Assembly: GCA_026023565.1 (NCBI GenBank)
Contig: JAPETS010000024.1
Coordinates: forward strand, 62,001 to 126,000
Length of the DNA stretch: 64,000 nt
Source of the DNA: Cirrosporium novae-zelandiae
Taxonomy: Eukaryota
Direction of reading: 5' to 3'
Part shown: positions 45,127-57,630 of the stretch, piece after piece
Numbering within the stretch: the stretch's first letter is position 1
Layout: every line of letters starts with the position of its first letter
Translations under genes and position numbers: made by a program
Notes under the pieces: generated by a model
Told to the model about the DNA's origin: nothing
What the model saw: the letters and a program-made list of their open reading frames with translations, nothing else
Databases searched by the model: none

Positions 45127-45864
45127 AGATTCCCAGATAAAATAGTAAATGCGCAAGTGAAGGGCAGCAAAAAAAAGCAGCAAACAATCAAGGAGATGAA
45201 TGGTTCCAAACACCAGAGTAGGAGGATCAGATTCAGAACACATGAGGAAAGACGGTAAAAGATAAGTAAAAAAGAGAATTTGTGCTGTACAGAAAGTTAC
45301 GAATGACTGACTGACTTCAGTTGGAGCTCAGGGTTCAAAGGTGTTTGGTTGGGTTGGTTGGATGACCCCACCTCCTCATCAAAAGATGAGCCTGGGGGGG
45401 GGGGGGGCATGCGGCCAACCCAGAGTCTAACCGCCTTCCTTTGGTTGTTTCATTGGCTTTCTCTGCCTGGGTCCTGGCTTGTACTGACAACACGGTGGAC
45501 TTGGGTTAATGCTCTTTAATACTCTTTAATGCTCGGTAGTCTTTTTTCAAGTGGTTGTAATCCCTTGAAAAGTTGGTTGAATATGGCCGAGGGAAGGCCT
45601 AAGGAGCCTAAGGAGTTTGTTCTGCAGAAGATAAGCGAATAGGAAGAAATCATGAGCATGCTTCTCCTCATGACCAATATTACCATAGTATGAGGCAGAC
45701 CAGCCTGATAATATGAGTTTAAAATATGAAAACGGTCATTTAAACTCAAGTAATTAATCAATCGTTTGATAGTGGCGGTGGTTTTCCTAAGCCTTCAAGG
45801 CATTTTTTTTTTTCTCTTTTTCCTTTGCTTTTGCTTCTTGTTTTTGTTTTTTGTTAATTAATAA

Positions 45865-45924
45865 TGTGTGTATGTGTGTGTGTGTATGTGTGTGTGTGTG
45901 TGTATGTGTGTGTGCGTGCGTGTG
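45865..45924. repeat. Imperfect (TG)n microsatellite
   Basis: ~60 bp of TG with TA/CG interruptions. Confidence 0.9.
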
Positions 45925-46438
45925 TTGTGTACCTCCACATAAATAGGATAAATGGCTGAATGGCTGAATGGACCAGCAAGAATTATCTTTCAGTAAACTT
46001 TCAGCCTTATCGGTCAAGTTGCACGTGTCAACCTTAGGCATTAAGCTTATGCACCTTCATCCCCCCTCGAAATTCAAGGAATCCAGTACTGTATCTTCCT
46101 GTATCTTTCTCCTGAAGTCTTTGGACCCTCTTTAGTCTGGCGTGCCTGATAACAGCTTTCCCCCTCTAAAAATTCCCTGATAAGCAAAATTCCATACGGT
46201 ATTCAACAAATACCGTATCTCTGTGTGAGCGGCTAACCTATCTGATTGTGCCTCGAGACTGATTAATTAGCTTAAATTTGTTATCGCACATTTTATATTG
46301 CACAATAGTATTGTGCATCTTGGTATTTGGTACTACCTCGAAGTATCATCATCAATGATCATCTGTACTCAACTCACTCCATCACTTTTGATATCTATAT
46401 CTTTATTCCATCCCGTCAAGATAAACAAATCCACCTTT

Positions 46439-47373
46439 TCAAATCCTCTTCTTATCCACCCCTCCCCCCCGTAACCTATCCAATCCAAAAGTCCTAGTCA
46501 TCCACGTATCTATAAGTACCGTTGGTAACCAGGTCGTCACGAACCATACTACCCAGCTCATGTGCCCTTCCCAGATCCACCTTCTCCCGGTCCCCCTCAT
46601 CACCTGGCCCACGACGCTCCGTGCATAGTCTTCGTTCTTCATCGAATTCTCTTGCGAGTGTTTTTGCCGACGCTGGTAAGAGTCGTCGATTTCCAAGTAG
46701 TATGAATCTGGAGGAAGGCTTCTCGTTACTCTAGCAATGTTACTCTTCACTCCGCCCGTAACGACCGTCACAACTTTGACACCAAACGGAGCAAGCTCGA
46801 CGCGTAGTGTATTGCTGTAAGCATGCAGAGCAGCTTTTGATGCATTGTAGACGGACCCAAAGACATAGGGCATCACACCAGCAAGCGAGCCGGTCTGGAC
46901 AATGGTGCCTTTGGCTTTTATAAGGAGCGGCGAAAAAACCTGACACATACGCATCACGCCGAAGACGTTGGTGTCAAAAACGCCTTGGACCTCAGACATA
47001 TCAATATCCAGAGCTGGTACTGTATAATTTCGGCCTCTGACGGATGCCATATCAAGTCAGCCTCATTCTGGAAGGTGTCGAGTAACTCCCCACAGCCACC
47101 CGCGACTTACGCATTGTTCACCAAGAAATCCAGTCCCTTCCCTCCTGTCAATCTCTCAACCTCCTCGAAGCATTGACGGACGCTCTCCGGATCGTCAACC
47201 GTTAAGCTAATCCCTTCGATCCCTTCAGCGGTCAAATCATCCGGAAATGATACCTTATTCCTGACCGTAGCAAATGTTCGGACGCCCCGGGAATTAAATT
47301 CTCGAGCAATGGAATGGCCGATTCCACCTGCGCTACAGCCGGTGACCAATGCGGTCTGGCGAGGGTCTGCCAT
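46439..47373 (-). CDS. AYR1: Short-chain dehydrogenase/reductase, Ayr1-like (1-acyl-DHAP reductase), 2 exons (intron 47110-47037)
   Basis: ALVTGCSAGGIG (Ayr1-type Rossmann motif), LDFLVNNAG across the intron, FDTNVFGVMRM, catalytic YNASK and LRVELAPFGVKV. Confidence 0.85.
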
Positions 47374-48221
47374 TGCTTGCTTTCGGAGATTGAAGTATCG
47401 TGACGAAAGTTTTGTCGATCAAGGGCTCCAAAGTCCCTCAGTCCCACTTCTGAATTAATATAATTAGAAATTGAAGTTGAGCTCAGATATTTATGCAGGG
47501 ACTATCCACAACGTGCCGCTTTAGACACCTCAACAATTTTTGAGATTGCAGTTGGGCATCTTCATATGGAATGCCCCGTTAACAAGCTTGAGCTGTGGGG
47601 TGACATGGTCGCAGATCTTAATACGGAGAATTTGCATTTCGCAACTGTCTTGAACGTGGGATAATTACCGCACCACGGTTATTACCTTATTTTTTCGCTT
47701 TCGTAAAACTTGCTTGTTTAGATGCAGCCGAAAATATCCAATTAGCTACTTACTGTGGTGCCCAGCATTAATGGCTCCATCAACCTAAAGAAACAAGGCC
47801 TTCCAACTATTAAGATTTGGAAGAAGAAGAATTATTTCAAATATCCGATTATTGATTGGCATATTGCATAAATATAGATATAAAAACATGGATATGAATT
47901 AATCCGATTCCGGATTTCTTAAACTCTAACTAATAATTGTCGTTACTCATTAGCAGACTTATTGTTAAGTATGCCTAACCATCTCTTTAATCATCATAGC
48001 CCCTTTCCAGTTTGACAACCCTCCGTCTTGAAGTCCCCTGACAAATCCATCTGGTTGCTGGATAGGTCCATCTTTCCTCAGACCGGCACCGGCCCGTCTC
48101 ACTAGCTATTGACCGAGAACAAGTAATAGTAGAGTCACTAGAAACCCCTTTACGTCGAGAAGGACCTGGATTGGTTGACCGGGCAAGAAAAGGCTAGACG
48201 AGAAGCTCCATACAAGCTATT

Positions 48222-49846
48222 TCAAGCAGGATAAGAAACGGAACGAGTTGCCCAGTCATCCATATGCTGAAAGGGTGAAGACTGCGTCTTCCAACCACCC
48301 TCATCCCTATCTTGATCCTTTTGGGGCCATAGAATTTGCTTCAAGATAATAGCTCGAATCATCATTACAAACACAAAAATCCACATGCAGATAAGAGCCA
48401 CAGTCATAACACAGCCGATGATCTGTATAGCATAGGCATCGAAGGCTTTTCCAATAGCAAATGTAGCTGTAATAAGAGCGGTATTTGGAAATACAAATGA
48501 ATACCATGTCATAGCAAATACCATCTTATCATGGCCCACACAAGTGTAATGGGCAAAAACAGAGATGAAGAAGAACCAGAAGGCAAGCCTGATCAGAAGT
48601 AAGTAGCTGCTGAGTATGTTGCATGTGAGCCAATACATACCCCCATATCCAAAGGCCCATCCAATTAGCAACAACTTTTAAGATACTGGCAGCAAGAACT
48701 CCATTTCCCATAAAATTAGATGGAAATGCTCCTTCTGCATTTCTAGCCATGTTAATGATACCTGACACGGTGAATCCACTAGGCCCAATCGAAACAAACA
48801 TTCCTGGTCTCGAAGGCTCTTTGGGTAACTTTTGTGTCATCAAACGATAAATAAAGGCGGAATATATCATCAACGATACCATAAACCCGATTCCCTGTAG
48901 AGCTGCGCCTCCAATGATGACGTCCAGAGCCTTTTGCTGTCCAAGTGTTTCAGCTAAAACACCAGCATGCGGACCAATGATTAATAACGGATAAGCTGGA
49001 AATATCCATATAGGAGTCATCTGGGATATTGTAAAAGTTTGGGTGGACCACCTGTGTTCGTTAGTATGGTCCACGAATGTTGGTTGTAGGTAGCCGTACA
49101 TAATAAGATAGATTCCACAGGAAGCTATAATCGCCAATGCACAGTCAATCCAAAACATAATATAAACAGCTTCATGAAGCCATACACCTGTATGGCCCAA
49201 CCCATATTGACTAATGTTTAACAAGATTGTCCCGAAACTCACCACGGCAGCGGGGATGAAGAGAGATTCTAGTAATATGTTTAGTACAGATTCGAGACAT
49301 TGAAGCAGTTTTGGATTCACCGACCGGTTGGATGGATAATGGAGTTCTTAAATGTAAGGGGGTAGAAGTAGAACCGCAATAGTATGCAGGTCCAATTGAT
49401 AAGGTATAGAACGATGTTGAAGAGAAAGAAAATCGTGCCGATAGTATCCAAACCTTTGAATCGAAATGGAACTAAATGATATTACATCAGCGGTAAAATT
49501 GAATTTATACGCAGTGTTTTCTCTAACCTGTCCAAAGAACATTGGCTATTCCACCTGTTGCCATAGTCATTGTAAAGAAAGTCCACGTAAAATGACGAAG
49601 GCGAGCTTTCAATTGCAGAAAATGTTTTTTCAGACCTTGCTTAGGGGCAGGGTATGCACTTGATTCACTTTTTGAATTGAGGGTTAATTGTGCCTGAGGT
49701 GGTAAGGGGTCGATCCGACGCTCAACAATGGTATTGGTATTAAACCTAGTCAAGCATTCTTCCATTGGATTCCTCTCAGCATCTTCAATGGTAGGCGTAA
49801 GGTACCCTTCCTCTCCTGGGGAAAGCAAATATCTGGGAATGGCCAT
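48222..49846 (-). CDS. MAE1: C4-dicarboxylate/malic acid transporter (Mae1, SLAC1/TDT family), 5 exons
   Basis: RLRHFTWTFFTMTMATGGIANVL..VPFRF, HPTESLFIP (joined across an intron), MTPIWIFPAYP, RPGMFVSIGPSGFT and WYSFVFPNTAL. Four short introns were resolved. Confidence 0.9.
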
Positions 49847-50348
49847 TGTGTATCACAAAAAATTTGGCAAACAATGAAAATGGCATTGATCTTGACAATG
49901 AAGATTCTGGAGTAGATTGGACCAAATCGGGAACCGACAACTGACGTTGGATTGGAGAATATCTCATTATGAAAAGTTGGAGGGTATAAATAAAATAAGA
50001 TCTTCGAAAAAAAAAAAGTTTAGAATGGGCTAGATGAGTGTTCGAATCTGTTGGTGATTTGCTATTTGAAGCCCAAGGGTGGCACCAATAATGCGCCCAC
50101 GACACCCAAGTTCGCGGGGGGGCGGCCAGTGACGCCATCCCGACCAAACGGGTATGCGGACACGGGACATCATTAACCCTTAGAAAGTCTCATCTTAATT
50201 TGTATCTTGCTTACTTTCAAGGCCCTGTCCAGCCAGCCCTAAGGATGAAAAACAAGACATTATTATGTATACGCAGTAATGTTGCCTTGAATAATCAAAA
50301 CCCAACTGCCAGACTCTAGTACTACCACCATTTATTTTGCCTCTTCCT

Positions 50349-52304
50349 TCATTTCTTATTCATTGAAAGTCCCTCAATTATCAACCTGGACTTGGCCTCG
50401 GCCTCTTCGTCCAAGAACTTTTGCTGCTCCACCCTACTCTTCTTCAAATCCACAAACCAAGCCAACAGCACAAAACTCGCAAGGCTCAATCCAAATAGGA
50501 AGTAAAATGGCGTCGAGCTATTGTTGTTCGGGGAAGCATCAATGATGGCGCTTGAAACCAAGGGCCCAATGAATGCCGATGTCTTCCCCATGATGCTAAA
50601 GAGAGAGAAGAACAAGAACTCTTTACCTCGTGGTGTAACTTCGGAAATCATAATCTGTGAATAGCTGTACCAGGGACATACAAAAAGCCCATAGAATGTT
50701 TGGTAAACCCATACTTCCCACAAGTGATGAAACCCAAAACTTTGTGTCCATATCCCAATCATGCCCCATCCGTCCCTAGCTTGCTGTTAGTAGTTGCATT
50801 TAGATATCATAGAATCAAGCCAGGAATACGCACAGCAGAATGATTCCAATCATAACAGCATTAAACATTGTTTTTGTCGAAAGCCCAAATCTTTTCTGGA
50901 CCCACCAGAAACCAAAGATCCCAACCAACTGGGCTGCAATCCCGACAAGGAGAAGATAATTTAGTTCGAGAGTATTATATGACACTATGCTATTCTTGAA
51001 TGCTTTTTAGTAGACACCAAGACATTGGGCCACACAATGCTCACCTGCAGAGTACCAATAACAGTGACTGTGGTATTCAAGGAGTCGCCAAGTAGGAAGT
51101 ATCCTAAAATATTTTGTTATATCGTTATATCGTTATATAATTTACCATCGAGGCCGACTCACCAATGAGATATAAAAGGCTCTGTTTGAGCTTCCAGATA
51201 CATTTAAATGCTCTGTATAGCTGCCAGAGTCCAGCAGTTACCACATTCATACCTTGAGGAATAGACTGTCCGGGTCTCTTTTTCTCAAACACAAACCATG
51301 GAATAGCAAGGAGCAGCCAGACACCACTGGCGAAAGCAATCAAGACGCTAAGCCCCCAGTTATTGTTTGCTTGGCTTGCATTAACGTTGACTCCGAACAT
51401 AATCCCCACAATGACTGCCAGGATGAGAATTTCACCAGCAGATTGAATGACAAAGGCCATATTTGATAGTCGACTGCGCTGCATCATATCCGCAAAGTCA
51501 TACTCATCTCGAGTGATGGCTCCATCATTCAGGGATTCCGCTTTTTCTCTAAGCTCGGGGGTATTTCTTGCAAGTCCTGGAAATGCCGCAGTCCAAAAAG
51601 TGATGGTCATTTGATATGCAATAACTAGAGCTGGTAAGCATGTGCGCGTATGCCCATCGTAAAGCAGTTGTTTTTCTCACGGCCAGCAATATATAATCCC
51701 GTGGCGATCTCCCATTTGCCTTCCGTATGGACTCCCAACCAACCAAATCCAATTGCAAAAGCAACGATTGACCAAGCAATAAGGATATACGGGCGCCAGG
51801 TTCCATAGTCTGGCTGATTGTTAACATGTTTTAAGGGAATGGTAATGACGGAGGGAGTTGCCAACTAACCGGCGAAACTTCCAATAACTAGAAATATAAC
51901 TACCTGCAAGGCGAAAGAGATACCGTTCGACAGAAGAACAATACTATTGATACTCCGGTCTCTGGCAATTCGCATTAGCACACCATATCCACAAATTTCT
52001 ATCTATGATATTCTCACCTCCCTGCAAAGCGCAGAATCTCAGAGTCCCCAGCAGCCTGATAAAGTAAATTCTGGAAAGCAGTCGGAGCAAAGTTGAAGAG
52101 CGTCAGGCCATTGTTTCCAATATAATAAGCATAATAAGCCCAAATTTCCCATCTTGTCGCTTCTAGGGCTGGATCAAATTGATCAGGAGCCGTTGGTCGT
52201 TCGTCTTCGGGTAAAGACTGAGACTCAAGCTCCACTTCGAGTGCATCTTTGGGGTCTTCGGCAGGTAGACTCAAAGGCGCCAAGCCGGGATCGTTTGATG
52301 CCAT
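50349..52304 (-). CDS. ATG22: Atg22-like MFS transporter (vacuolar amino-acid effluxer family), ~7 exons
   Basis: TRWEIWAYYAYYIGNNGL..FNFAPTAFQNLL, SIVLLSNGISFALQ..F...GSFADYG.WR, YLIGYFLLGDSLNT and EVTPRG.EFLFFSLFS..GK.SAFIGP. Six introns were located manually. It may be a paralogue rather than the true orthologue. Confidence 0.8.
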
Positions 52305-52438
52305 TTGTCTATCGAATAAAAACAGGTGTGGCAGTAAGAGTTTAGCAATGAATACCGAATGAAGAGGTAAATAACCACAGGTTTACAATTTACTTGGACC
52401 CTAACTACTTTTCTACATTTTTATTTTTTTTATTTTTT

Positions 52439-52580
52439 TTATCACAGCCGATAATTGCATAATAAAATCTCTATCGCACGGTGGATAGGCGGCCAATTGA
52501 TATGGCGGTAAATGTTATCGATAAGGAAGGTGCGATACGAACCATTAGTGCCGTACCACTAAACAAGGAATAGGTTATCG
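52439..52580. promoter_or_regulatory. Cluster of six HGATAR (GATA-factor/AreA-type) sites upstream of the atg22-like gene
   Basis: TTATCA 52439, CGATAA 52449, CTATCG 52471, palindromic TTATCGATAA 52515-52524 (two sites) and TTATCG 52575. They lie 135-280 bp upstream of the ATG. Confidence 0.6.
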
Positions 52581-53242
52581 TGGCTGCTTGAATCCAGTTC
52601 GTCTCGGGGAACATAAACCTGCAAGTCCGTAGATCGGTGTAAGATCTGTCAAATCTGGTCAAATCTGACCAAATCTGATCAAATCCAATAAACCCAATAA
52701 ACCCAACCGTTTCACCATTATCTTACCCATATTCGTACTATTCTACCCTGCGGAGGTCAGTGTTTGCCAATTGGATGGATTAAAATCTCACAAAAACTCA
52801 AATTTGTGTATTGTTCATAAACCCACGGATAGAAGGTGGATTAGTTGGGACTGACTCAAAACCAAACAGGCAATTAGGCGAAAAGAACGAAAAGAATAAA
52901 AGAGCCAAATTGCAAACCAACAAAAGTAGACCAGAATCGAACCATCGTAAAAGCTAAAAGTACACATTAACAATATATACAAGGAAGAGAGCAGTCGTAG
53001 AGAACCAAAGGATCGAAATAAGACAGTCGCTTTGTGAGCAACAGCAAAGAAAGAAGTGAAAGTTTTTTTTTGCACAGCATCGTTGGCATTTCCCGGGCAA
53101 ATGTCCCTGTTCCCGCATTACAATAAGCCACTCCCCAATCAACTGTAGGTAATCCTTCGTATTCCTACCCATAATTACAATCGAAAATTCTTTGCTGTTG
53201 CTCATAACAGGTCAAGGGTCAAAGAGGCGATGTATTTCCCCA

Positions 53243-55138
53243 TTACTGAGAATTATTGAAGTCCATGGGGCTCGTGTAAGAACGTGCCCGGTTACCATCA
53301 AAGCTATGTTGTATTTCTGCTGATCCCGCTGATGTTGTCGGAGGTTGGTTGTAATTATGCCCAGCCGGTCCTTCTGGCTCTGTCTTAACATTCCGTAGTG
53401 GCGATGAAGTGGTTGCTACACCCGGTGTCGAATAAGTTGACCCATAAATATCAGGGAATGGGCTTGAAGACCATGATGCACTGGTCTGAGGGGGGATTTG
53501 AAAATCAGGAGGAGGTGCTAATGGAGCACTCTGGTAGCCAAACACCGTAGGTGTTTGCGGCAATGATGACCGGGAAGACCTATATTGAGATTGCAATTGA
53601 AGGCCTGAAGGGAATCCAGCCGCCGGGCGGAGCCGGGTCACCGCAGAAGCCTGAAATCCATGATAGGGGCCACCTGAATAGTTGTTAGCTGGAAACTATT
53701 TTCAGGGAGTAAGACCAAACATACTCAACGGTGAAGTGCCATATTGTATCGGAGGGTTCGATGAAAAGCTTTGATATCCTGCCTCGTATCGATGCCCGTA
53801 GAGGGGTCCCGGCGGGGCCAAAGACTGATTCATATCTTGATCCGGGCTGGTTGTAGAATAAGACATGCTGGCTCTAAGCGGAGAAGCCAAAGATTCAGCC
53901 CTCGAACGCGCAAATCTCTCATGAGACTGGAGCCTAGGAATTGGCGTTCTGTATGGATTGGTCACGGAGAAACTGGATGAACGTCCTCCAAAAGGATTCC
54001 TGGGACTGATAGTTTGAGATCCAGAAAAGGTTGAAAATGCTTGTCGGTCGCTGGTGGTAGAAATCGGAGATATGTTCTCAGATGGCGGGCCAGAGCTGGG
54101 GGGCGTAAATGAACTTCCATAGGCAGAGCCCATACTAATAGGAGAAACTGTGCTGTCATCGCTTTGGCGACGGATACTGTCCATGGTCAAAGGTCGAATC
54201 AAGGCATTCTCAGGAAAGCCTGGGCCAAAAGAGGCAGGCGAGGATAAAGGCGTTCCCATAGGATGGGGTCCGCCGAAAGGGGAATACAAAGCATGCGACA
54301 TGTCAAAATCGTCCGGCAACGCCCTTGATTTCATCATACGTTCACGATCATCACTCGTCAGACGTTTAAGTTTAGCTCTTCTATTCTGAAACCACACCTG
54401 AACTTGACGTGGGCTAAGGCCAGGAATTTCTCGGGCAAGCCTTTCTCGATGAGCTGCATCCGGATGGGCCTGATGAGCAAACTCATTCATCAAGAAACGA
54501 GTCTGATTGTGCGTCAGACGGAATCTCTTCATCTTGCGCTTGTCTGATCGCTTCTCCGCAGCTGTTCTCCCAGATTCATCATTGGTGTCCTCGTCTTCGC
54601 CTTCGCTATGGGAGAAGGAGTTCTCCCGGTCCTTGGGAGAAATATTTTCATGCTCTGCACCTGCCGATACAGGTGTAAGCCGTGTCCCTAGACCAGGGGT
54701 GGCATTACTCTCATGGGTTGCAATTGCCACATCAGTATTTAAACTCAGCTTTCCCGGCTGAGACGGATGGCCAACGGTGAGGCTGTTTCCACTGTCGCTG
54801 GCGGCGAATGGAGCCTGAGGACGCACAAATGGCTGAATTGGGGATCCCAAAGGTTGAGGGTAGCTCTTGTTGGGTTGTCCCAACGGCTGGTGAGTATCAA
54901 TTCTCAAATTTTGAGATTTTGGGGGATGATTATCGGTCCCCGTCATTCCTTGTCCCGTAGAAATGGGCGACGGGGGTTTCGACGCCGGTTCGGCCTGTTG
55001 CCAACCAGGACAAGGAAGATGCGAGGAATCCCCCGACATAGACGGTGAAGTGGGCGGAGAAAGGAAAGCGGTTGGGTGATGATGCTTGCTCATCGGGATC
55101 AATGAATGCGCTTCCACTTGCGACTGACCAAAGCTCAT
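53243..55138 (-). CDS. Homeobox transcription factor, 2 coding exons (intron 53724-53674)
   Basis: Homeodomain KMKRFRLTHNQTRFLMNEFAHQAHPDAAHRERLAREIPGLSPRQVQVWFQNRRAKLKR. A GTATGT..GCTAAC..CAG intron joins in frame to ORF 53243-53641. Confidence 0.95.
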
Positions 55139-57383
55139 GTTTCAAGCGACTAAAGGCAGCCGTAAATCAAGTGAGCGTAATTAATAAAGCTGACCTCGGT
55201 GAATGAGTCAACTTTTCGAAAGCGAATGTCGAACAAAGCCAATAGGAGGAATTAGAAATCGAGCTCAAAGGATACAATCCAAATTGGTCTCCGATGCAGT
55301 GTTGCTTTGTCGTATATTGTTGAGAGTACAGTAAAGAGCGTGTGAAGGTAACGAGCGTGGGGGTTTTCAAGGTCAAAATAGCCTTATAGTGAATGATTGT
55401 GAATATAGAAACAGAATGGTTTTGAAAAAAAAGACCGGTCGGGATGATCTCCAGGCAGAGTGTAGAGAGCGTCAAGCAATCTTCCCCGCTATCATTCGAA
55501 GAAGTGAGTGTTCTCCAGGAACCAAAGTAGACGATATTTTGCTTCAAACCAAGAGAAGCATTTCTGAAAATGATGCTCCTGTGCGAATCCTAAGAATTAG
55601 GCTACTGCAGATGTTTGGAATATAATATCAAACAATATCGAACGAAGATCCTGATCTTGGTAACAAATTGAGTGTAATTGAAGAAGTAAAGCCTGCCCCT
55701 CCTTTTGGTGTTGAAGCAGTGCTAGTGACTGGTGGATGGGCTCTAGCGATATTAATGACAATAACGGTTTAATTTGAATTTTGGGGATAACTTACCTGAT
55801 GAATAGGCAGAGCTCAAAGAAGGGAGATGCCACAGAGGAGGCTCGCAGAAGAAGGTAAGTGGTAAGTGAAAGAATTGCGCAGCATCGAAGAATACAATAA
55901 ACAGCGAGCGGAAGGAAGTGGTCCGTGATTAATGGATATGAAATCGAGGCCTCTCGGAAACAAGTGTTCTTTTAGGTCCACCTCTCGGAAAATTAGTGAT
56001 CGGTACAAGGAGCGCACAGGCTTTAACTCTTTACCTCTTGGAGAGATCTCCTCGAACCGCCACTAGATACAGCGCCAATAGCTCGATGATAACAAGAACC
56101 AGTACGTATTGTATCTGGACTGGACTGGCAACCGCTCGACCCTGGCAGAAGGGAATGGCCTAATTCAAATGTCTTGAGATCCTACGACCCGTGATCATTG
56201 GATGTCGAAAAACAGTTCAGGCAAGCATAAATGCAATGGGTACGTTCGCGCATGTGCCTAATATCAACAATCATGCAGGAGAAGGGGTTTAGCAGCTTAG
56301 CAGCTTAGCAGTAAAATAATTATAAAATACAGGGTTAGCGCTTGGAAACTCCAGAGGTCCACGGTCCTTTGGTCAATGCTGATCTGATGTTATTGTTCGA
56401 GAAGACCAAGCCCAAGCCCAACGTTCGAACTTAGAGACTAATGATGGATCCTAGACGAAACCATCATCGAGAGCAGTACCGAAGGCAAAACAATGGGGGA
56501 ACGATGAAGAAAGTGGATTCAATACACCAGCATGCAACTCCCCGACAATCCGGTCAGGATACTGGGAATGCCTCAAGCAACCCTCTTCGGCGGCATCCAG
56601 TAATTGCTGTCAGAAGCGCCAACTCCTAGTTCAAAAAACGTCTAGGTAAGAGAGACGACTCCCCAGCAGTTGCAGCAGGGTTCGGCAAATGCTGCTTTGA
56701 TGTGCTGCGGGGTCTTTCTCTGTGAAGACCGAACTAGTTAACTATCGTTTAGGATTGTCGTTGGGGCGAAGGACGAGGGAGGGGAGAGTAGTGCAGCTCA
56801 CGGCCTGACACTTTGATACCCTATACCCTGAACCAATTTTTTTTATTTATTTTAGTTCTAAAAAGATTCCAGGGGGGGGCGCAATTTCTACACTACGGCC
56901 GTCATCAAAGAAAATAAAAAAATAAAAACACAAAACAAAAAGATGCGCCTTGAGAGGTAGGACAATTGAGTAATTTCGCTTCGGCACCTTCATAGATTGA
57001 AAAGTGTCTTGCCGTTCAGACAAGATTTTAGTTCCTCGTTGGAAAAGTTGGTGGATAAGTGGACTATAGCAGAAAACGGAATATGATAATGGAATAGTGT
57101 GTTGCCGTCACAGATGTGCAACAATAAGTGTCTGTGGTTCAAAAGGGTGATGACTCGATTTGTAGGGGGGGTTCGCCGGTCGACTAATGGCCTTCCCTGG
57201 GCTAGCCTCAATCATGATCCATCATTTCCGTCAGAGAAAAGCGAGAAAAGCATGGCGATAAGATTGCCCAGGGCTTACATGGGTTAAGAATTTCTCGTAT
57301 GCACCCACCTCCCCAATCCATGTTTAGGGACTCCGTGTTTAACTTGAGGGGGTAGGTACTATTGTACATGGTAGAGGAATTAT

Positions 57384-57630
57384 TAGTAGCAGTAGTAGTA
57401 GTAGTAGTAGTAGTAGAGAGTATTGTAAGAATAAAGTAAAGTTAGGTGCGTAGAGTAGGACCGAATATGAACCAAAGTCTTATTTCCTACAATAGTCTCT
57501 CTGCAATGGATAAGAGGAATAGAGCTTGGAGCTTGGAGCTTGGATGGCTCTTTCGGAGTAGGAGTGGGATGAGTGGATGAGTGGATGAGTGGATGAGTGG
57601 ATGATGAGTGGATTAGGATGGAGTGGATGG
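57384..57630. repeat. (AGT)n microsatellite (57384-57416) and GAGTGGAT 8-mer tandem array (57562-57630)
   Basis: Read directly from the sequence. Confidence 0.9.

Noticed and set aside
48020..48050. GAAGTCCCC resembling RNase MRP conserved region I
   Set aside because: No complementary GGGGCT-type CR-V partner downstream; it lies in the mae1 3' flank.
46439..55138. Co-oriented ayr1-mae1-atg22-homeobox block as a metabolic gene cluster
   Set aside because: The functions are unrelated, there is no backbone biosynthetic enzyme, and co-orientation alone is uninformative in fungi.
56330..56341. CTAACCCT (minus strand) as a telomerase RNA template
   Set aside because: Only 8 nt, followed by AT-rich TATA-like sequence in the homeobox promoter, with no pseudoknot or CR4/5-like elements evident.
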